Positions 37,480-51,218 of a stretch of 64,000 nucleotides of DNA are shown one piece after another. The notes below the pieces were generated by a model. That model was not told the origin of the DNA, searched no databases, and saw only the letters and a program-made list of their open reading frames with translations. How positions within the stretch are numbered: the first letter of the stretch is position 1; each line of letters starts with the position of its first letter. Origin of the DNA: Raja brachyura (taxonomy: Eukaryota); NCBI GenBank assembly GCA_963514005.1, contig OY740788.1, forward strand, positions 31,744,001-31,808,000, written 5' to 3'. The position numbers and the translations under genes are program-made.

Positions 37480-39245
37480 CCCATCTTGACTTCTCCACTC
37501 CCCTTACTCACTCTAATCTCAACCCCTCTGAACAAACAGCCCTCCGCTCACTCAGCAAAAATCCCACCATTGTTTCTGCCTGCTCCTGCCCCACAGAATT
37601 CATCTCCAAATACCATCCTGTCCACCCATGACTAGTCTCTTCCAACATACCTCTGAGACAACTCACGCAGTCTTCAATGACTGTTATTTTCTGGGCCCCC
37701 ATTGCCTCATCTTTACATCTCCATCCCCCACCAGAAATATCTGATGGCCCCACCGGTTCTTCCTGGAACAGAGACTCAATCAATTTTCCTCTACAAACAC
37801 TATCCTCCACACGGCAGAACTTGTCCTCACCCTCAACAACTTCTCTTTCAATTCCTCTCGCTTTCTTCAAGTTAAAAGTGTAGGCATGGGCACGCACAGG
37901 GGACTCACCTCTGCCTTGCCTTTTTGTTGGTTAGGTCAAACAATCCTCATTCCAAACGCACACTGGCACCATCCCCCAACTCTTTCTCCAGCATATCAAC
38001 GACTGCATAGGGGTGGCCCTCTGCACCCATGCGGAGCCCGTTAATTTAATGAACTTTACCACTACCTTCAACCACTCCCTCAAATTCGTTTGGATCATCT
38101 CGGACACCTCTCCCCCGTCTTGATCTCTGTCACCACAGGGGACAAACTATCAACTAAAGTCTACTACAAACCTACCAATCCCCATATTGATCTGCTGCAC
38201 TGCACCTTCTCCCACCCTGCCTCTTGCAAAGACGCTATCCCCTACCTCAATTTCTCCGTCTCCGCCGCATCTGCTCCCAAGATGAGGCTTTCCATTCTAG
38301 GACATCTGAGATGTCCTCCTTCTTTAGTAAACATGGTTCCCTCCTGCTGTACTAAATGATTCCCTCACTCATGTCCTGTTGATCTGCTCTCACTTCCCCT
38401 CCACCTACATGGATTAAGATAAGCATACTCCTGGTGCCCACCTTTCACTCCACTGCATCCAACACATCATTATCCTACATATTCGTCCCATCAATGACTG
38501 TTGAACATTATCCCATCAACAGTCACATCTTCCCATCTTCATCCCTTTCTGCCTTCCACAGAGAACGCTCTCCCCACAGCTCCTTTATTCACTCATTCCT
38601 TCCCACCCAAACCACCCCTTTACCAAGTACCAAGCAACCATTTCACCAAACACTTGCGCTTGGTCCGCCAAGGTTCAGTGGGTCTTCTAGTTGCTAATCA
38701 TTTCAACTCCTCTTTCCCTTCCATACCGATCTTCCTGTCCTGGGCCTCCTCCATTTGCAATGCCATACACAAACTGGAGGGAAAGCACGTCATAATCTGC
38801 TCGGGTAGCTTACAACCCAACAGGACAAACAATGAATTCTCCAATTTTAGGTAGCCCCCACCCCGATTTCGGCCTTCTCTCCCTGTACCCCACTCACACC
38901 CATTTCTCCCCTCCCTCTCACATATACATTTCTTGCTCTAACTTCACAACTTGCAAATCTTAAATCCTTTTGTGATGACACCTTGTCTTTACATCTCTGG
39001 CCTTTGTCCAACCTCCTGCCTATCAACACCCACCACCCTTCACATGTATCCACCTATTACTTATCCTGTCCCACCATCTCTTCTAGCTTTCTCCCCCCCT
39101 CCTTCCACCACAATCAATCTGAAGAAGGGTCCCAACCCGAAATATTACCTGTCCACATTCTCCAGAGATGCTGCCTGACCCACTCAGTTACTCCATCACT
39201 TTGTGAATTTTCCTTATAAACCAGCATTTGCAGTTCCTTGTTTCA
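37480..39245 (+). mobile_element. Penelope-like retroelement remnant (RT and GIY-YIG region pseudogene, 3' pLTR)
   Basis: Fragments AELVLTLNNFSFN, FLQVK.V.MG, KVYYKPT, KHLR..RQG...VANHFN, KLEGKHVIICSGSLQPN..N.EFSNF; followed by pLTR with ctgaagaagggtcccaacccgaaa. Confidence 0.88.
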
Positions 39246-40274
39246 CTGTGTCTCTTTGCATCTCTAGTTTAATACAACCGTTCTCTTTTTACAATAGTAA
39301 ATCTTTCTTGCATTATACTTGTTGGAACAAATTTGCATAACAGAGTGGTTAAAAAAAATTAAATACAAAATATTTATATTTTTAGAGATGTAGCAGGAAC
39401 CATAAACATTAAAGTATGGAGTGCTTTGTCACTAAAGCAGATGGTTTTACAGGGAAAATGGATAAGTATCTGAAGCAGAGAAAAACTCACAGCTACAAGG
39501 TAACAGAGCTGTGGGAATTTAGCAAAGATTCTAAGATTGCAAAGTGCCTATACAGACATGCTTGGCACAGGGCCCTCCTCTGTGGTTTGATTGTAGCTAC
39601 ACAATGAGTAATAACAAGTGCCAATAGTGGAAGAGATGGCAAGACACAACAAAACTATTGTCGTCGTAAAGTTCATTTGCATTTGAAACAATTAATGATT
39701 GATTTCATCCACAAATCTACATAATTACGTACAAGTCCTAAAGATAAATACCTATTTTAAAAATATAGCACAAAAGATAATTTACATCAAAAAGCAAAGG
39801 CACTCACTGATACTCATGTGACGACCAAATAGACAGACGACTTAGCTTCAGAGAGAAAATAGAATTTGCATATACTTAAAAAATATAGATTACATGTCAT
39901 CAGCTAGGCCAGAAATAATTGGATAAAAAGTACAAAGGAAAAGGTAGGGACATAGATGGAAGAAAATTTGCAATCAGACAAACAAGGCATCACATTGCAT
40001 AAAGGCCTCTAAAGGATGAAAAAATGTGAACAAGCGCAGAGCACAACAAATAGATATCCCAAAAAGGTATCAGCAATGAGAAAAACAGACAATGTTTGGT
40101 TAAACAGAGTCCAATATGATTCCGTGAAATAGGTAACAAGTAAAAGGACAAGGAAGTCAAGGAAACAATGATGTCGATCAGCAAACCTCCCATGCCATTC
40201 CTCACAATTAGTCAGGGAACATACTCCATCCATTGTTGCTTGTTCCGAATAAAGTTTACACCACAAAGGAACAG

Positions 40275-40420
40275 CACTTTATCATCATTACTTTTTTGCC
40301 TATCATTCATTTGTTCTATATCTCTCGTTTCCCTTTCCAGTGACCCTTAGTCTGAAGAAGGGTCTCGACCCGAAACGTCACCCATTCCTTCTCTCCAGAG
40401 ATGCTGCCTGTCCAGAGAGT
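40275..40420 (+). mobile_element. Penelope pLTR fragment, truncated by Tc1 insertion
   Basis: Pyrimidine-rich lead, hammerhead core, then ctccagagatgctgcctgtcc..gagtTA where the Tc1 TIR begins. Confidence 0.8.
40352..40379 (+). ncRNA. Minimal hammerhead ribozyme core (Penelope-associated)
   Basis: CTGAAGA-A-GGGTC-TC-GACCC-GAAA-CG-TC: CUGANGA box, stem II, GAAA box and NUH site with helix III reduced, as described for Penelope-like elements. Confidence 0.7.
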
Positions 40421-40422
40421 TA

Positions 40423-41862
40423 CAGTGCCCTCCATAATGTTTGCGACAAAGACCCATCATTTATTGATTTACGTCTGTACACCACAATTTGAGATATGTA
40501 ATAGAAAAAATCACATGTGGTTAAAGTGCACAGTCAGATTTTAATAAAGGCCATTTTTATACATTTTGGTTTCACCATGTAGAAATTACAGCTATGTTTA
40601 TACATGGTCCCTCCATTTCAGGGCACCATAATGTTTGGGACACATGGCTTCACTGGTGTTTGTAATTACTCAGGTGTGTTTAATTGCCTCCTTAATGTAG
40701 GAATAAGAGAGCTCTCAGCACCTAGTCTTTCCTCCAGTCTTTCCATCACCTTTGGAATCTTTTATCACTGTTTATCAACATGAGGACCAAAGTTGTGCCA
40801 ATGAACGTCAATTAAGCCATTAGGAGACTGAGAAACTAGAATAAAATTATTAGAGACATCAACCAAACCTTAGGCTTACCAAAATCAACTGTTTGGAACA
40901 TCATTAAGAAGAAAGAGAGCACCGGTGAGCTTACTAATCACAAAGGGACTGGCAGGCCAAGAAAGCCCCCCACAGCTGATGACAGAAGAATTCTCTCTAT
41001 AATGAAGAAAAACCCCCAAACACCTGTCCGACAGATCAGAAACACTCTTCAGGAGTGGATTTGTCAATGACCACTGTCCGCAGAAGACTTTGTGAACAGA
41101 AATGCAGAGGTTACACTGCAAGATGCAAACCACTGGTATCCGCAAAAATAGGATGGTCAGGTTACAGTTTGCCAAGAAGTACTTAAAACACCAACCACAG
41201 TTCTGGAAAAAGGTCTTGTGGACAGATGAGACGAAGATTAACTTATATCAGAGTGAAGACAAGAGCAAAGTATGGAGGCGAGAAGGAATTGCCCAAGATC
41301 CAAAGCATACCACCTAATTTGTGAAACACGGTGGTGGGGGTGTTATGGCCTGGGCATGTATGGCTGCTGAAGGTACTGGCTCACTTATCTTCATTGATGA
41401 TACAACTGCTGATGGTAGTAGCATAATGAATTCTGAAAAGTATAGACACATCCTATCTGCTCAAGTTCAAACAAAAGCCTCAAAACTCATTGGCCGGCAG
41501 TTCATTCTACAGCAAGACAATAATCCCAAACATACTGCTAAAGCAACAAAGGGGTTTTTCAAAGCTAAAAAATGGTCAATTCTTGAGTGGCCAAGTCCAT
41601 CACCCGATCTGAACCCAATTGAGCATGCCTTGTATATGTCGAAGAGGAAACTGAAGGGAACTAGACCACAAAACAAACATAAGCTAAATATGGCTGCAAT
41701 GCAGGCCTGGCAGAGCATCGCCAGAGAAGACACCCAACAACTGGTGATGTCCATGAATCGCAGACTTCAAGCAGTCATTGCATGCAAAGGATAGACAACA
41801 AAGTGCCAAACAGGACTACTTTCATTCACATGACATTGCTGTGTCCCAAACATTATGGCGCC
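40423..41862 (+). mobile_element. Tc1 DD34E transposon, right TIR mostly lost
   Basis: TA+CAGTGCCCTCCATAATG left TIR; transposase pieces WTDETK, QQDNNPKH...SPDLNPIE (34 aa between D and E); only the inner repeat of the right TIR remains. Confidence 0.95.
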
Positions 41863-43989
41863 TTTAAAGCTGGCAGAGTAATATGGACCCAGATATGATT
41901 CTCACCACAGCTGCTCACTGTCTGAAGTTTGTGCATTCTCCCCATGATTTCATTGCTTTTCACTGTGTGGTCCAGCTTTCTCCCACATTCCACTGGCATG
42001 CTGTAGATTAACTGGCTACTGCATATTATTGCTTTGTGTTGGTAGTTGAAAAAAATATCAAAGGGTGTTGCAAGGGCACAGGGAAATTAGTTTAGTTTAA
42101 TTTATCATTGTCACGTGGACCAGGGTTCAGCAAAAGGCTTTTCGGGAGATTGGGGATAAAGGGGATTGTGATTAATGGGATTGCTCCCTTGAAAATCCAA
42201 CTGAATAAATGGCCACCTTCTATGTCTTAGAACATGAAGCATGGTGGATCGCATAATTCTTCACTGTTTCCACAAAATCAGAGGTATTAACATTTCTAAC
42301 TCAAGAAATATATGCAAGCGCATTACATTTTTGGATTTGGATTTACTTTTGCTGCAATTTATGTTTAAATACTCTTCCTGAAGATTTTTTGATTGCAGAT
42401 GCTTTACTTTCAGCCAAAACTGAGGACGTAGGAGCGGTAAAGCAAAGGAGATAAAACTAGTTCAAATGGAAATTAGTGAGGATTTAGAATTCATTCAATC
42501 CTTAATAATCACCTGTCAGGTTAACTTCCCCATTCAAAGGTAAAGTTAAATTAATCATATTAGATTTTTTTGTCATATCAGTTCCATCAGTAACTGAACT
42601 TTTCATGCCAAAAATAATATAAAACCAATAAATAAACACATGCTGCAATGAAATTAACCCACAAGCCTACAAGAAATAAACAAACCACTTCTCACTGATA
42701 TTCTGTGGAAAGACAACCACAGACACCCACAACCACCAAAACTCTGGTTGTACACGAGGCAGGAAATTAATTGGATTTAAAAAAATTGAACTTTAAAAAA
42801 AAGTTTATTGATATTATCTATTGAGCACTGTATTTACTAACATGAAGTGCTGCTGTAAGTGAACATTTAATTGTTCCATTTTGGTACATATGACAATAAA
42901 ACACTCTTGACTCTTGCACAAATATTGTACAGGACAGTCACTTGGTATCCTGCCGAACATGACTCGCATCGTCACCTCCCAAACTATCTATGTAATGTGA
43001 TACAGGATTCTGATAAATGCATTCCTCCAGGCGTGTGGACCAATCTCTAACAATATTCAAGAAAGTTGTCACCATCCAGGATAAAACGTCTCCTTGAAAG
43101 GCATTGATTCTCCACTTCAAACCTTCCTTCCCCCCCCCCTCTAATACTGATGGTGAAAAGAATATACAAAATATTGATATGGTCTGATGTGCCATTAGCA
43201 TTGAAATGTCTGGAATCAATCTCAAAATAATAATTTAGTCATACAGGACCCAGAAAGTGGTCAATCTTTGGAATTTCTTCCCCAACATGAATGCAAGGGC
43301 ACTTGGGTTTAGTCAAGATAGGGACTTAAAGCTGTTTTAGGAATAAAGGGAACCAAGGGATACAAGATTAGTGCAGGAAGGTACCCAAAATAAATCATCA
43401 TCCATGATTTTGTGCATGGAAGAGACTGCGCATCCTCCTCTATGCTGTGTTCTTTGGATTAACTTACAAGATGCACATTCAGTAATTTACCAAAAGATCG
43501 CTTGACAACATCTCCCAACCATGCAAACTCTAATACCAAGAAGGATAGAGGCAGCAGGGGAACGACAACACCACCAACCCTCACAAAAACACTAATGGCT
43601 TAGAAATATACTGCAATGCTTCCATTCATTAAATTTCTCGATTCATTATATGACAGCATCGTGAAATTATTCCACTCACTTGACAGTTCATGATGGCAGC
43701 TCACCACCTAATGGAGGATTGTAGGCTCATTAAATGCTGGCTTTGTCAGCGAGGCAGAGATATCGGGTACATATTTTAAAAAACCCTTCTTCCCTCCACA
43801 TCACCAGCCAGCCAACCCTACCTTCAATTGCTTGGTTAAACATAAGGTACAACCAATCAACAGCTTAACATTTACAGCTTGCTTCAATATGTGTTCAAAA
43901 ATGAAGGAAAGTTTGAAAAACTGCTTCATTATTTATTTAAAATTTAGGAATATATTTTGAAGGAATATCTGAAAGATGAAAGGCTAGTT

Positions 43990-45300
43990 GTTATAGAATC
44001 CATATTAATGATCTGGGGAAATGGATTAATTGTGCAGTATCAAAGCTTGCTGACAATGCAAAGCTATTTGGCAGTGTGGGCTTTTAGCAGAATGCAAAGC
44101 GGCCTCAGCAGAATATGAATAAGTGAATCAGCAAAGACATTGCAGATCATGGAAAAATGCGAGGTCATCAAAAGCTATAGGAAAAATTGAAAGGCATTAT
44201 TTTTAAAAGATGGTGAACGAGTGAAAGATGCGATGTGTTAATAGGGTCTGGGGGTGTACATGAATCCAGGCAAGTGCAAGATGTTACTCTTTGGGAGTAC
44301 AAATGTAAGGAGAATGTATATAGTTACTTTTCAGCATTAATGTTCTGAATGATCCGATATGTCTTGGCATCCAAGTCCATAGCTCCCTAAAAGCAGCAAC
44401 CCAAGTAGTTAGAGTGGTAGAGAAGCAACATGGTATCCTGATCAGAATCCCATCCGCCAAGACACTGAGTACAAGAGCCAGAAACACACATTTTCACTCC
44501 CATTACATTACATTAGCAGTATTGTATGCAGCTTTGGAGAGGGTGCAGAAATGTTTCACCAGGATGCTGACTGGATTCATGGCTAGGTTATAAGGTGAGG
44601 TTGAAGAAAACTTGGATTATTTTTATGGGAGCATCGGAGGCTGAGGGGACACCTTCTAGAAGTTTAGTTTAGATATACAGCCCGGAAACAGGCCCTTCGG
44701 CCAACAAGTCCGCACTGACTGACCAGCGACCCCCGCACATTAACACTATCCTACATACACTCGGGACAATTTACACATATACCAAGCCAATTAAACTACA
44801 AACCTGTATGGTTTGGTGTGTAGGAGGAAACTGAAGATCTCGGAGAAAACCCACATGGTCACGGGGGGAACGTACAAACTCCGCACTGACAGCACCCGTA
44901 GTCGGGATCGGACCCGGGTCTCTGGCACTGCAAGCGCTGTAAGGCAGCAACTCTTCCGCTGTGCCACCATGCCCTGTATATGTATATGAAATTATGAGGC
45001 GTAGGTGGGAAATACATTTAGAACCTTTTTCCCTTAGGTGGAAATGTCAAATACCACAGGGCATAGCTTTAAGGTGAGAGGGGTACAATTAAAGGGGAAG
45101 TTTTTGTTTTACACACAGAGAATAGTAGATGCGTGGAACTCGTTGCCAGAGGTGGTTGGATGCAGATACAATGGTGGCATACGAGAAGCTTTTAGATAGG
45201 CACGTGAATATTCAAGGCATGGGATCATGAGCAGGCAGAAGGGATTAGTTTAATTGTGGGATGAAGGACTTGTTTTTGCACTCTACTGCTCTCTGTTTAT
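43990..45300 (+). mobile_element. Old CR1 LINE remnant interrupted by a SINE
   Basis: Degenerate ttgctgacaatgcaaagct, ttggagagggtgcagaaatgtttcaccaggatg, ggaggctgaggggacacctt, gggcatagctttaaggtgagagggg. Confidence 0.65.
44662..44973 (-). mobile_element. V-SINE (HE1-like)
   Basis: Full head, V-domain and tail on the minus strand. Confidence 0.88.
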
Positions 45301-45996
45301 GAAATTTCACATCCAAAAACATTTAACAATTAGAAAATAAACTGTATGGAAACATCTAGCTCCAGTCAAATGGAACCCTGGTTGAAACATTATGTACAGA
45401 TGTGGTCTACCAATCCAAGATTACATACACTTAAGAGTCATGATAGCCAGTTAACAGGTCCTTCCACCAAACTTGACCAAGGTGTCCTATCTAGCCTAGT
45501 TCCATTTGCCCATATTTGGCCCACATTCCTCCAAACCTTTCCTATCCATGTACTGTCCAAATGCTTTTTAAATGCTGTTTATTACCTGCCTCAACTTTCT
45601 CCACCGACAGCTTGTTCCATGTACCCACCACTTCTAAGTGAAATTTGTAAAATTAAACCATCAATTGAAAAGTAACCACTCAAATATTAGCCTGGTAAAT
45701 GGTAGCAATTATGTGCAAATTTGTGATCACTTTGCACACATATCCAAAAATGGAATTCTTGACCTTGTTGACTGAGATCTGTCAGTGAATCAGTCAGTGC
45801 GCTCTGCTGCATGACTCCATTTGGAGTTGGCACTCGTGCACAACCATTTATGCTGGGACCACTGCTTACAGATCCTGCCTGGAGTTAGACCTGGTGCAGG
45901 ATTCACAACCCATTTATTGGTACATAAATGTTCCAGCCACAAGATGCAAAGAATATGTTTGTTTTTGTTTCAGTATTTGTTTGGGCTATAAAATTG

Positions 45997-46698
45997 ATTG
46001 AATTGAATTGAATTGAATGCCTTTATTGTCATTCAGACCTTTTGGTCTGAACGAAATTTTGTGCCTGCAGTCATACATATATAAAAATAACAATACCATA
46101 CAATAAACACAAAATTAACATCCACCACAGTGAGTTCACCAAACACCTCCTCACTGTGGTGGAAGGCAAAAGTCTTAGGGTCTCTGTCTTTTCTCCCCTC
46201 CTTATTCTCCCTCTGCGCTGAGGGGATCCAGGCTGCCGCCACCGCTGACGCCGGAACGCCGGAACACTGCCACAGCGCTCGCCGCCGGAACGTCGCTGGA
46301 GCACCGCAGCTCCCGAAAACCAGGCCGCCGCTGGAGCACCGCAGCTCCCGAAAGCCAGGCCGCCGCTGGAGCACCGCAGCTCCCGAAAGCCAGGCCGCCG
46401 CCGGAAGCCAGGTCGCCGCTGAAGCTCTGAAGGCCGTGCCGCCGCCTCTGGAAGCTGGAAGGCCGTCACCAGGGCCTCAGCACAGACGGAGACGGTGTCG
46501 GGGGACACGACAGGAAAAGTCGCATCCCCCCCGAAGGGAGAGACTAAAACCCCGTTTCTCCCACCCCCCCCCACACACATACACAACCCAACAAACCAAA
46601 AATAAACACCAAAAACAGGGACAAGGACAAAAATAAAATAAAAGACAGACGGACTGCAGGTGAGCCGCAGCTGACAAGCAGCGCCGCCACTCCGAAGT
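45997..46698 (-). mobile_element. Non-autonomous LINE-derived retroposon with (TTCAA)n tail and internal 35-bp tandem repeats
   Basis: Minus-strand 5' acttcggagtggcggcgctg; three copies of gctggagcaccgcagctcccgaaa.ccaggccgcc; 3' gacaataaaggcattcaattcaattcaa resembling Rex1-type tails. Confidence 0.65.
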
Positions 46699-47199
46699 GT
46701 AAAATGTAAAGTCTTTTGATTTCGATTTTTGTCTTAATTTTTAATATATTTTTTAAGTTTTGTTTTTGATTTTTCCATGAATGCTTCTGATTGGCAGATA
46801 CATTTGTTTGCATTGAAGAAAGGCAACAGATTTCAAAGACTGAAAAGCTTTGAGGGTTAACTTTGCCATCTGTCATAAGTTTTCTCAGCTGGTGTTTGAG
46901 AGAGACTTCTAGTCCACCTGTTACATATGCAAGGGCTTGAGGCATGCAGGGTCCTGGCATTTAGCATCAGGATTTGCCTATCATCGAGTTCAGTCTTCTA
47001 GATGTGAATTAGGACAATGCTTGACTAATATGTATCTTAAAGGCTGCGCAGATTTCAATTCATAGGAGCAAAATCAGAACCATCGTGTTTCAAACTATTA
47101 ATCTGGGATGTGGCAAGGTCAAACTGGATTACAGTTTTTTTCTGGTGCTATTAATCTTCCTATTAAACAAAGATGATAAAATGCTCAATTCAGCAATCA

Positions 47200-48015
47200 A
47201 TGGTATTTCTTAATGTATAGATAAACAATATTTGGCAGTATTGTGAAGAGTGGTCTGAAAAGTTACAACAGGGTATGCACAGACTGGTGGAATGGGTAGA
47301 TACATGACCGAGTATATTTAATGCAGAGAAATGTGAGAATGCATTTATGTCAGCAGAATGAGGAGAAGCAAGACAAAGTAAAGGTTACACTTCGCAAAGG
47401 ATTGCAGCCGCTGCAGCAGCAGAGGGAATTGGGGTTACAGGTGCACAAACAGCTAAAAGCAACAAGGCAGATTGAGAAATGGCAAAACGTATAAAAGCAG
47501 GGAGGTTATGCTGAACCATTGTAACAACACTAGTCGGTCCTCACATACAGTATTACATCCAATTGTGGGAGGATGAGGTGGAATTAGGGTAGGAATCAAA
47601 AAAGAGATGAGATTTTGGGATGCGTGACTACAGTTACAAGGGCAGGTTAGAGTTTTCATTAAAGAGAAGGCTGAATAAAGATTTAGTAAGTATATAAAAT
47701 GACACAGGGTCTGCCGGGTGGAAGGCTGTTTCTTTCGGAAGGAGTCGAGCACCAGACATCACAGATATAAAAGAGGGTATGAAAATTGGGAGCGACATAA
47801 ATATATATTCTTTTCAGGCAGCATGTATCAGGAATATGGAATCTACTGCCTGCAGATGAATGTAGTTTGTTGTGACCTTGATAAGTTTATTGTGGAGAAT
47901 AATTTGCAAGGTCAAACAAAAGGCACTGATGGTTGTAACTCAAATGTCCGTGATAGAAAGTAAGTGTAGATATGATCGGCTGAATGGATTTGTATCATGC
48001 TGTAATTATTCCATG
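47200..48015 (+). mobile_element. Old CR1 LINE remnant
   Basis: Degenerate RT C-terminal sequence (agactggtggaatgggtaga, ttaatgcagagaaatgtgag, ggaggttatgctgaacc). Confidence 0.55.
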
Positions 48016-48550
48016 ACAAATTATTATATTGAAATAAGATTCTTATGAATCAGATTATTCTTGGTAGGAAGAATACAAGATCTAGAAATCTATAATAAAT
48101 GCCCATTAATCTGTTCTGGTGATATTTGTTGAGACAAGCCAACTGTCCAGCTTTTCTTCCAGTGCTGCCAATGTTTACCTGTGAAAAAAGCTGCTCAATT
48201 TACTCACATTAATTTGTGATAATTTATATTGTCTGTAACTTCAATAGCTTGTGTAACATTATTAAGTAACTGTGCCCATTAACTATGTGCAATGCCTGTG
48301 AAAGGAAAGTTATTACATTTATGCCTGCCTATTTAAGTGTGTCCTTAATTTGAATTTGGATTATAGCACCTACTGAATTTGTGACCTGTATTGTTCAATG
48401 CATTATGTAACTTGTTTCATCCTTGATCAGTTGGTAAAATGAAAGGTGGCTCACCTTGTCAAAGTTTGGTACAATAAATGATTAAGTGAGGTGAGTAAAA
48501 TTTCAATCAGCTCTGCATTCGGAGGAAAAGCTTCATTCAGTTCTGTAACG

Positions 48551-48808
48551 GTTTAGTTTAGAGATAGAGTGGAAACAGGCCGTTCAGCCCACGAGTCTGC
48601 ACCAACCAGCAATCCCCGCACATTAACACTATCCTACACATATTAGGGACAATTTACATTTATACCAAGCCAATTAACCTACAAACCTGTAGGTCTTCGG
48701 AGTGTGGGAGGAAACCGGTGCACCCGGAGAAAACCCACACAGTCACTGGGAGAACATCCAATCTCTGTACAGATAGCACCCGTATTCGGGATCGAACCCG
48801 GGTCTCCG
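48551..48808 (-). mobile_element. V-SINE, 5'-truncated
   Basis: Tail, V-domain and B box (gggatcgaacccgggtctc). Confidence 0.85.
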
Positions 48809-51041
48809 ATGTTGTATCTATGCTGCCCATTAAAAAGTTAAATTCAAAATACATGGATTTGTTTCATTTCAATTAGTGCAAAATTTCACAAATATTCAAA
48901 CATGCATGTCCATATTGATCAGCTTTAACGTATATGGTGAACATATATAAAGAGCTCCCATCCCCTACGATTGATTTTCTTGTCCAAAACAATTCAAAGA
49001 TCTGAGCAATTAATATTATTGCTGTGACTTGGAACTCAAAGGCGTGTATTGGCAACTGAGTGTAATATTCATCTCACACGCACTTGAAATATGGTAAATC
49101 GCTTAGCAATATTATATATTTTGTTCTTGTAACATGTTATATTTGGGGTGACCATGTTATAATCTTAGCCGATTCATCAGAATAGACAAGGGTCCCTGAA
49201 TTTAAAAATCTCCATGTTATTGAAAATTTGAAAGAACCTCCTTTCAAAAAAATGCTGTTTCATTACGTTGTGTATTTGGAAGTTCTAATTTGTAGCTTTA
49301 TTTATTCTGTAGTTTGTGTGCTCCTGTAATTGACGTGTACAGTGTGTTTCTAACCAACAATTCATAATGACCTTGCAACAGTGTATGCAGGTGCATGGAA
49401 TAAGTAGTGCAAGCTACACTTGATTGGTCACCCGAGGTCCTGTTCAATAAGGAAGAATTGACCTTCAACCAAACGACATAATAAATTTAAGAAATAAAAA
49501 GTTCTAACTAAACCTGTTTTGGGATAGGTTATACAAATAACTGTATATATGCCACAATGTTATGTGACATTTTGTATGTGTAAATTTGCTTGTATAACTA
49601 TTGATAAACTTGACGCCCCTAATGATTATGCTAGATCTGCAGTGCTGCAAATGTAATCCTGTCCAATGGATGAAACACAAAACTCACATCTCACTTTGTT
49701 GCTCGACTGAGAGCAGAAGTTGCAAAAGATCGTGATTGTACAATCGTGATGGAATTCCAACTGTCCTAGCCGCCAACATCAAAACATGAAATAATTTAAC
49801 AGCTATCAGTTGATCATGCCCTGTGTAAAATGCCTGAAGTACTTCTTCTGCATGTCTTTGCATCTAAGGAAATTTACTTTAGAATGTTTGGAAACAGTAA
49901 ATTGAATTGTTTTTGTTTCAATTTAACAGCATTAAAATGCTCTAACTACAGTTTAGAAAGTTCATGAAATATATTTGAAAAAATCAAAACTCTTCAGAGT
50001 ACAAAAATCTGTGGAAATCCTGCTTTGATTTCAAAGTTAACTGCTGTGGAATTATCTGTTGCTCCCAACATTCCTCATCCTGGCCTCCCATCTCTGCTTT
50101 TAAAGTTCCACTTTTAGTAAAAGACTTAATTTTTTTAGAATTACGCATCATTTCTGATTTATAGCAACTGAGTAATCAAAATCAAAAATCTAAAGCAAGT
50201 GGATAATCTAAAATATGCATTTAATAGGTGATATATACATGCAAAACACAATATATTTTACAGCTGCTAAAGTCCATCTACAAGGCAACATTCATAACTT
50301 TCTCTACAATTTGAAACGTCAATTACTGATCCAGAATTATTATTCTGGGGGTTGAAGTTTCTAAATGTCATTAACTAAACAGATTTAATTATGTTTGAAT
50401 TTAACTCATTGGGATAAATATGCAAGAACAAGAAAAGCAAGACAGGCAGCATCTGTGCGGTAAGAAAAACCCTCAGTTCGATGACCACAGTGGAGCTGCA
50501 AGCGCATTTCATTTGTAGGTTACAGTTAAGAATCACAAAGCATTTTATGATTGCATGAAAATCATAAAATCTGGTGTGTGACAAATAGTTCTTTTAAGTA
50601 GATAAATGCCATGCTAATTTTATGGTAAATGCAGTGTTATAAAACAATTTCCAGGAATTTAGATCAAATTAGTTTATTGTCTTTTTCAGCAGGATGCAAT
50701 GAAATTTTTAGTTCAGAGTAAACAATAAGAGCACAAAACGACAATTGGAAAAACAGCAGAATGGTGCTCAGATTGTAGTGCAAACTATAGAGGTCGTATA
50801 AAATATTTAATTGCAACAATCGAATAGCCAAATGACGTGGAGCTAAGAGTAAACGGCAGCACCTCCAGAGAGGGTGTGTGGAAGAGGTAAATCTACAATT
50901 TAAACCGTCTGCAATTTTCTTGCTTCAGCAGGTAGAAGGAAAAAAGGCAATGGCCAGCATGCAAGCATCCGAGATGATATTTCTAGCCATCTTGATGCAC
51001 ATGAAGATGGACTGGATAGAGGGAAGTAACGAGCAGTGTTG

Positions 51042-51218
51042 TGTAGGAAGGAACTGCAGATGCTGGTTTAAACAGAATATAGATGCAAAAAGCTGGAGTA
51101 ACTCAGCGGGACAGGCAGCATCCCTGGGAATGGGTGATGTTTGGAATGGGAAACATCACCCATTCCTTCTCTCCAGAGATGCTGTCTGCCCGCTGAGTTA
51201 CTCCAGCTTTGTGTGTCT
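51042..51218 (-). mobile_element. Fold-back Penelope pLTR insertion
   Basis: gctggagtaactcagcgggacaggcagcatc ... gatgctgtctgcccgctgagttactccagc inverted arms; degenerate TSD acgagcagtgttg / acgagctgggatg. Confidence 0.78.

Noticed and set aside
39808-39845. Possible 38-nt minus-strand exon (gtgagt donor)
   Set aside because: The acceptor is a weak AAG; not enough support without transcripts.
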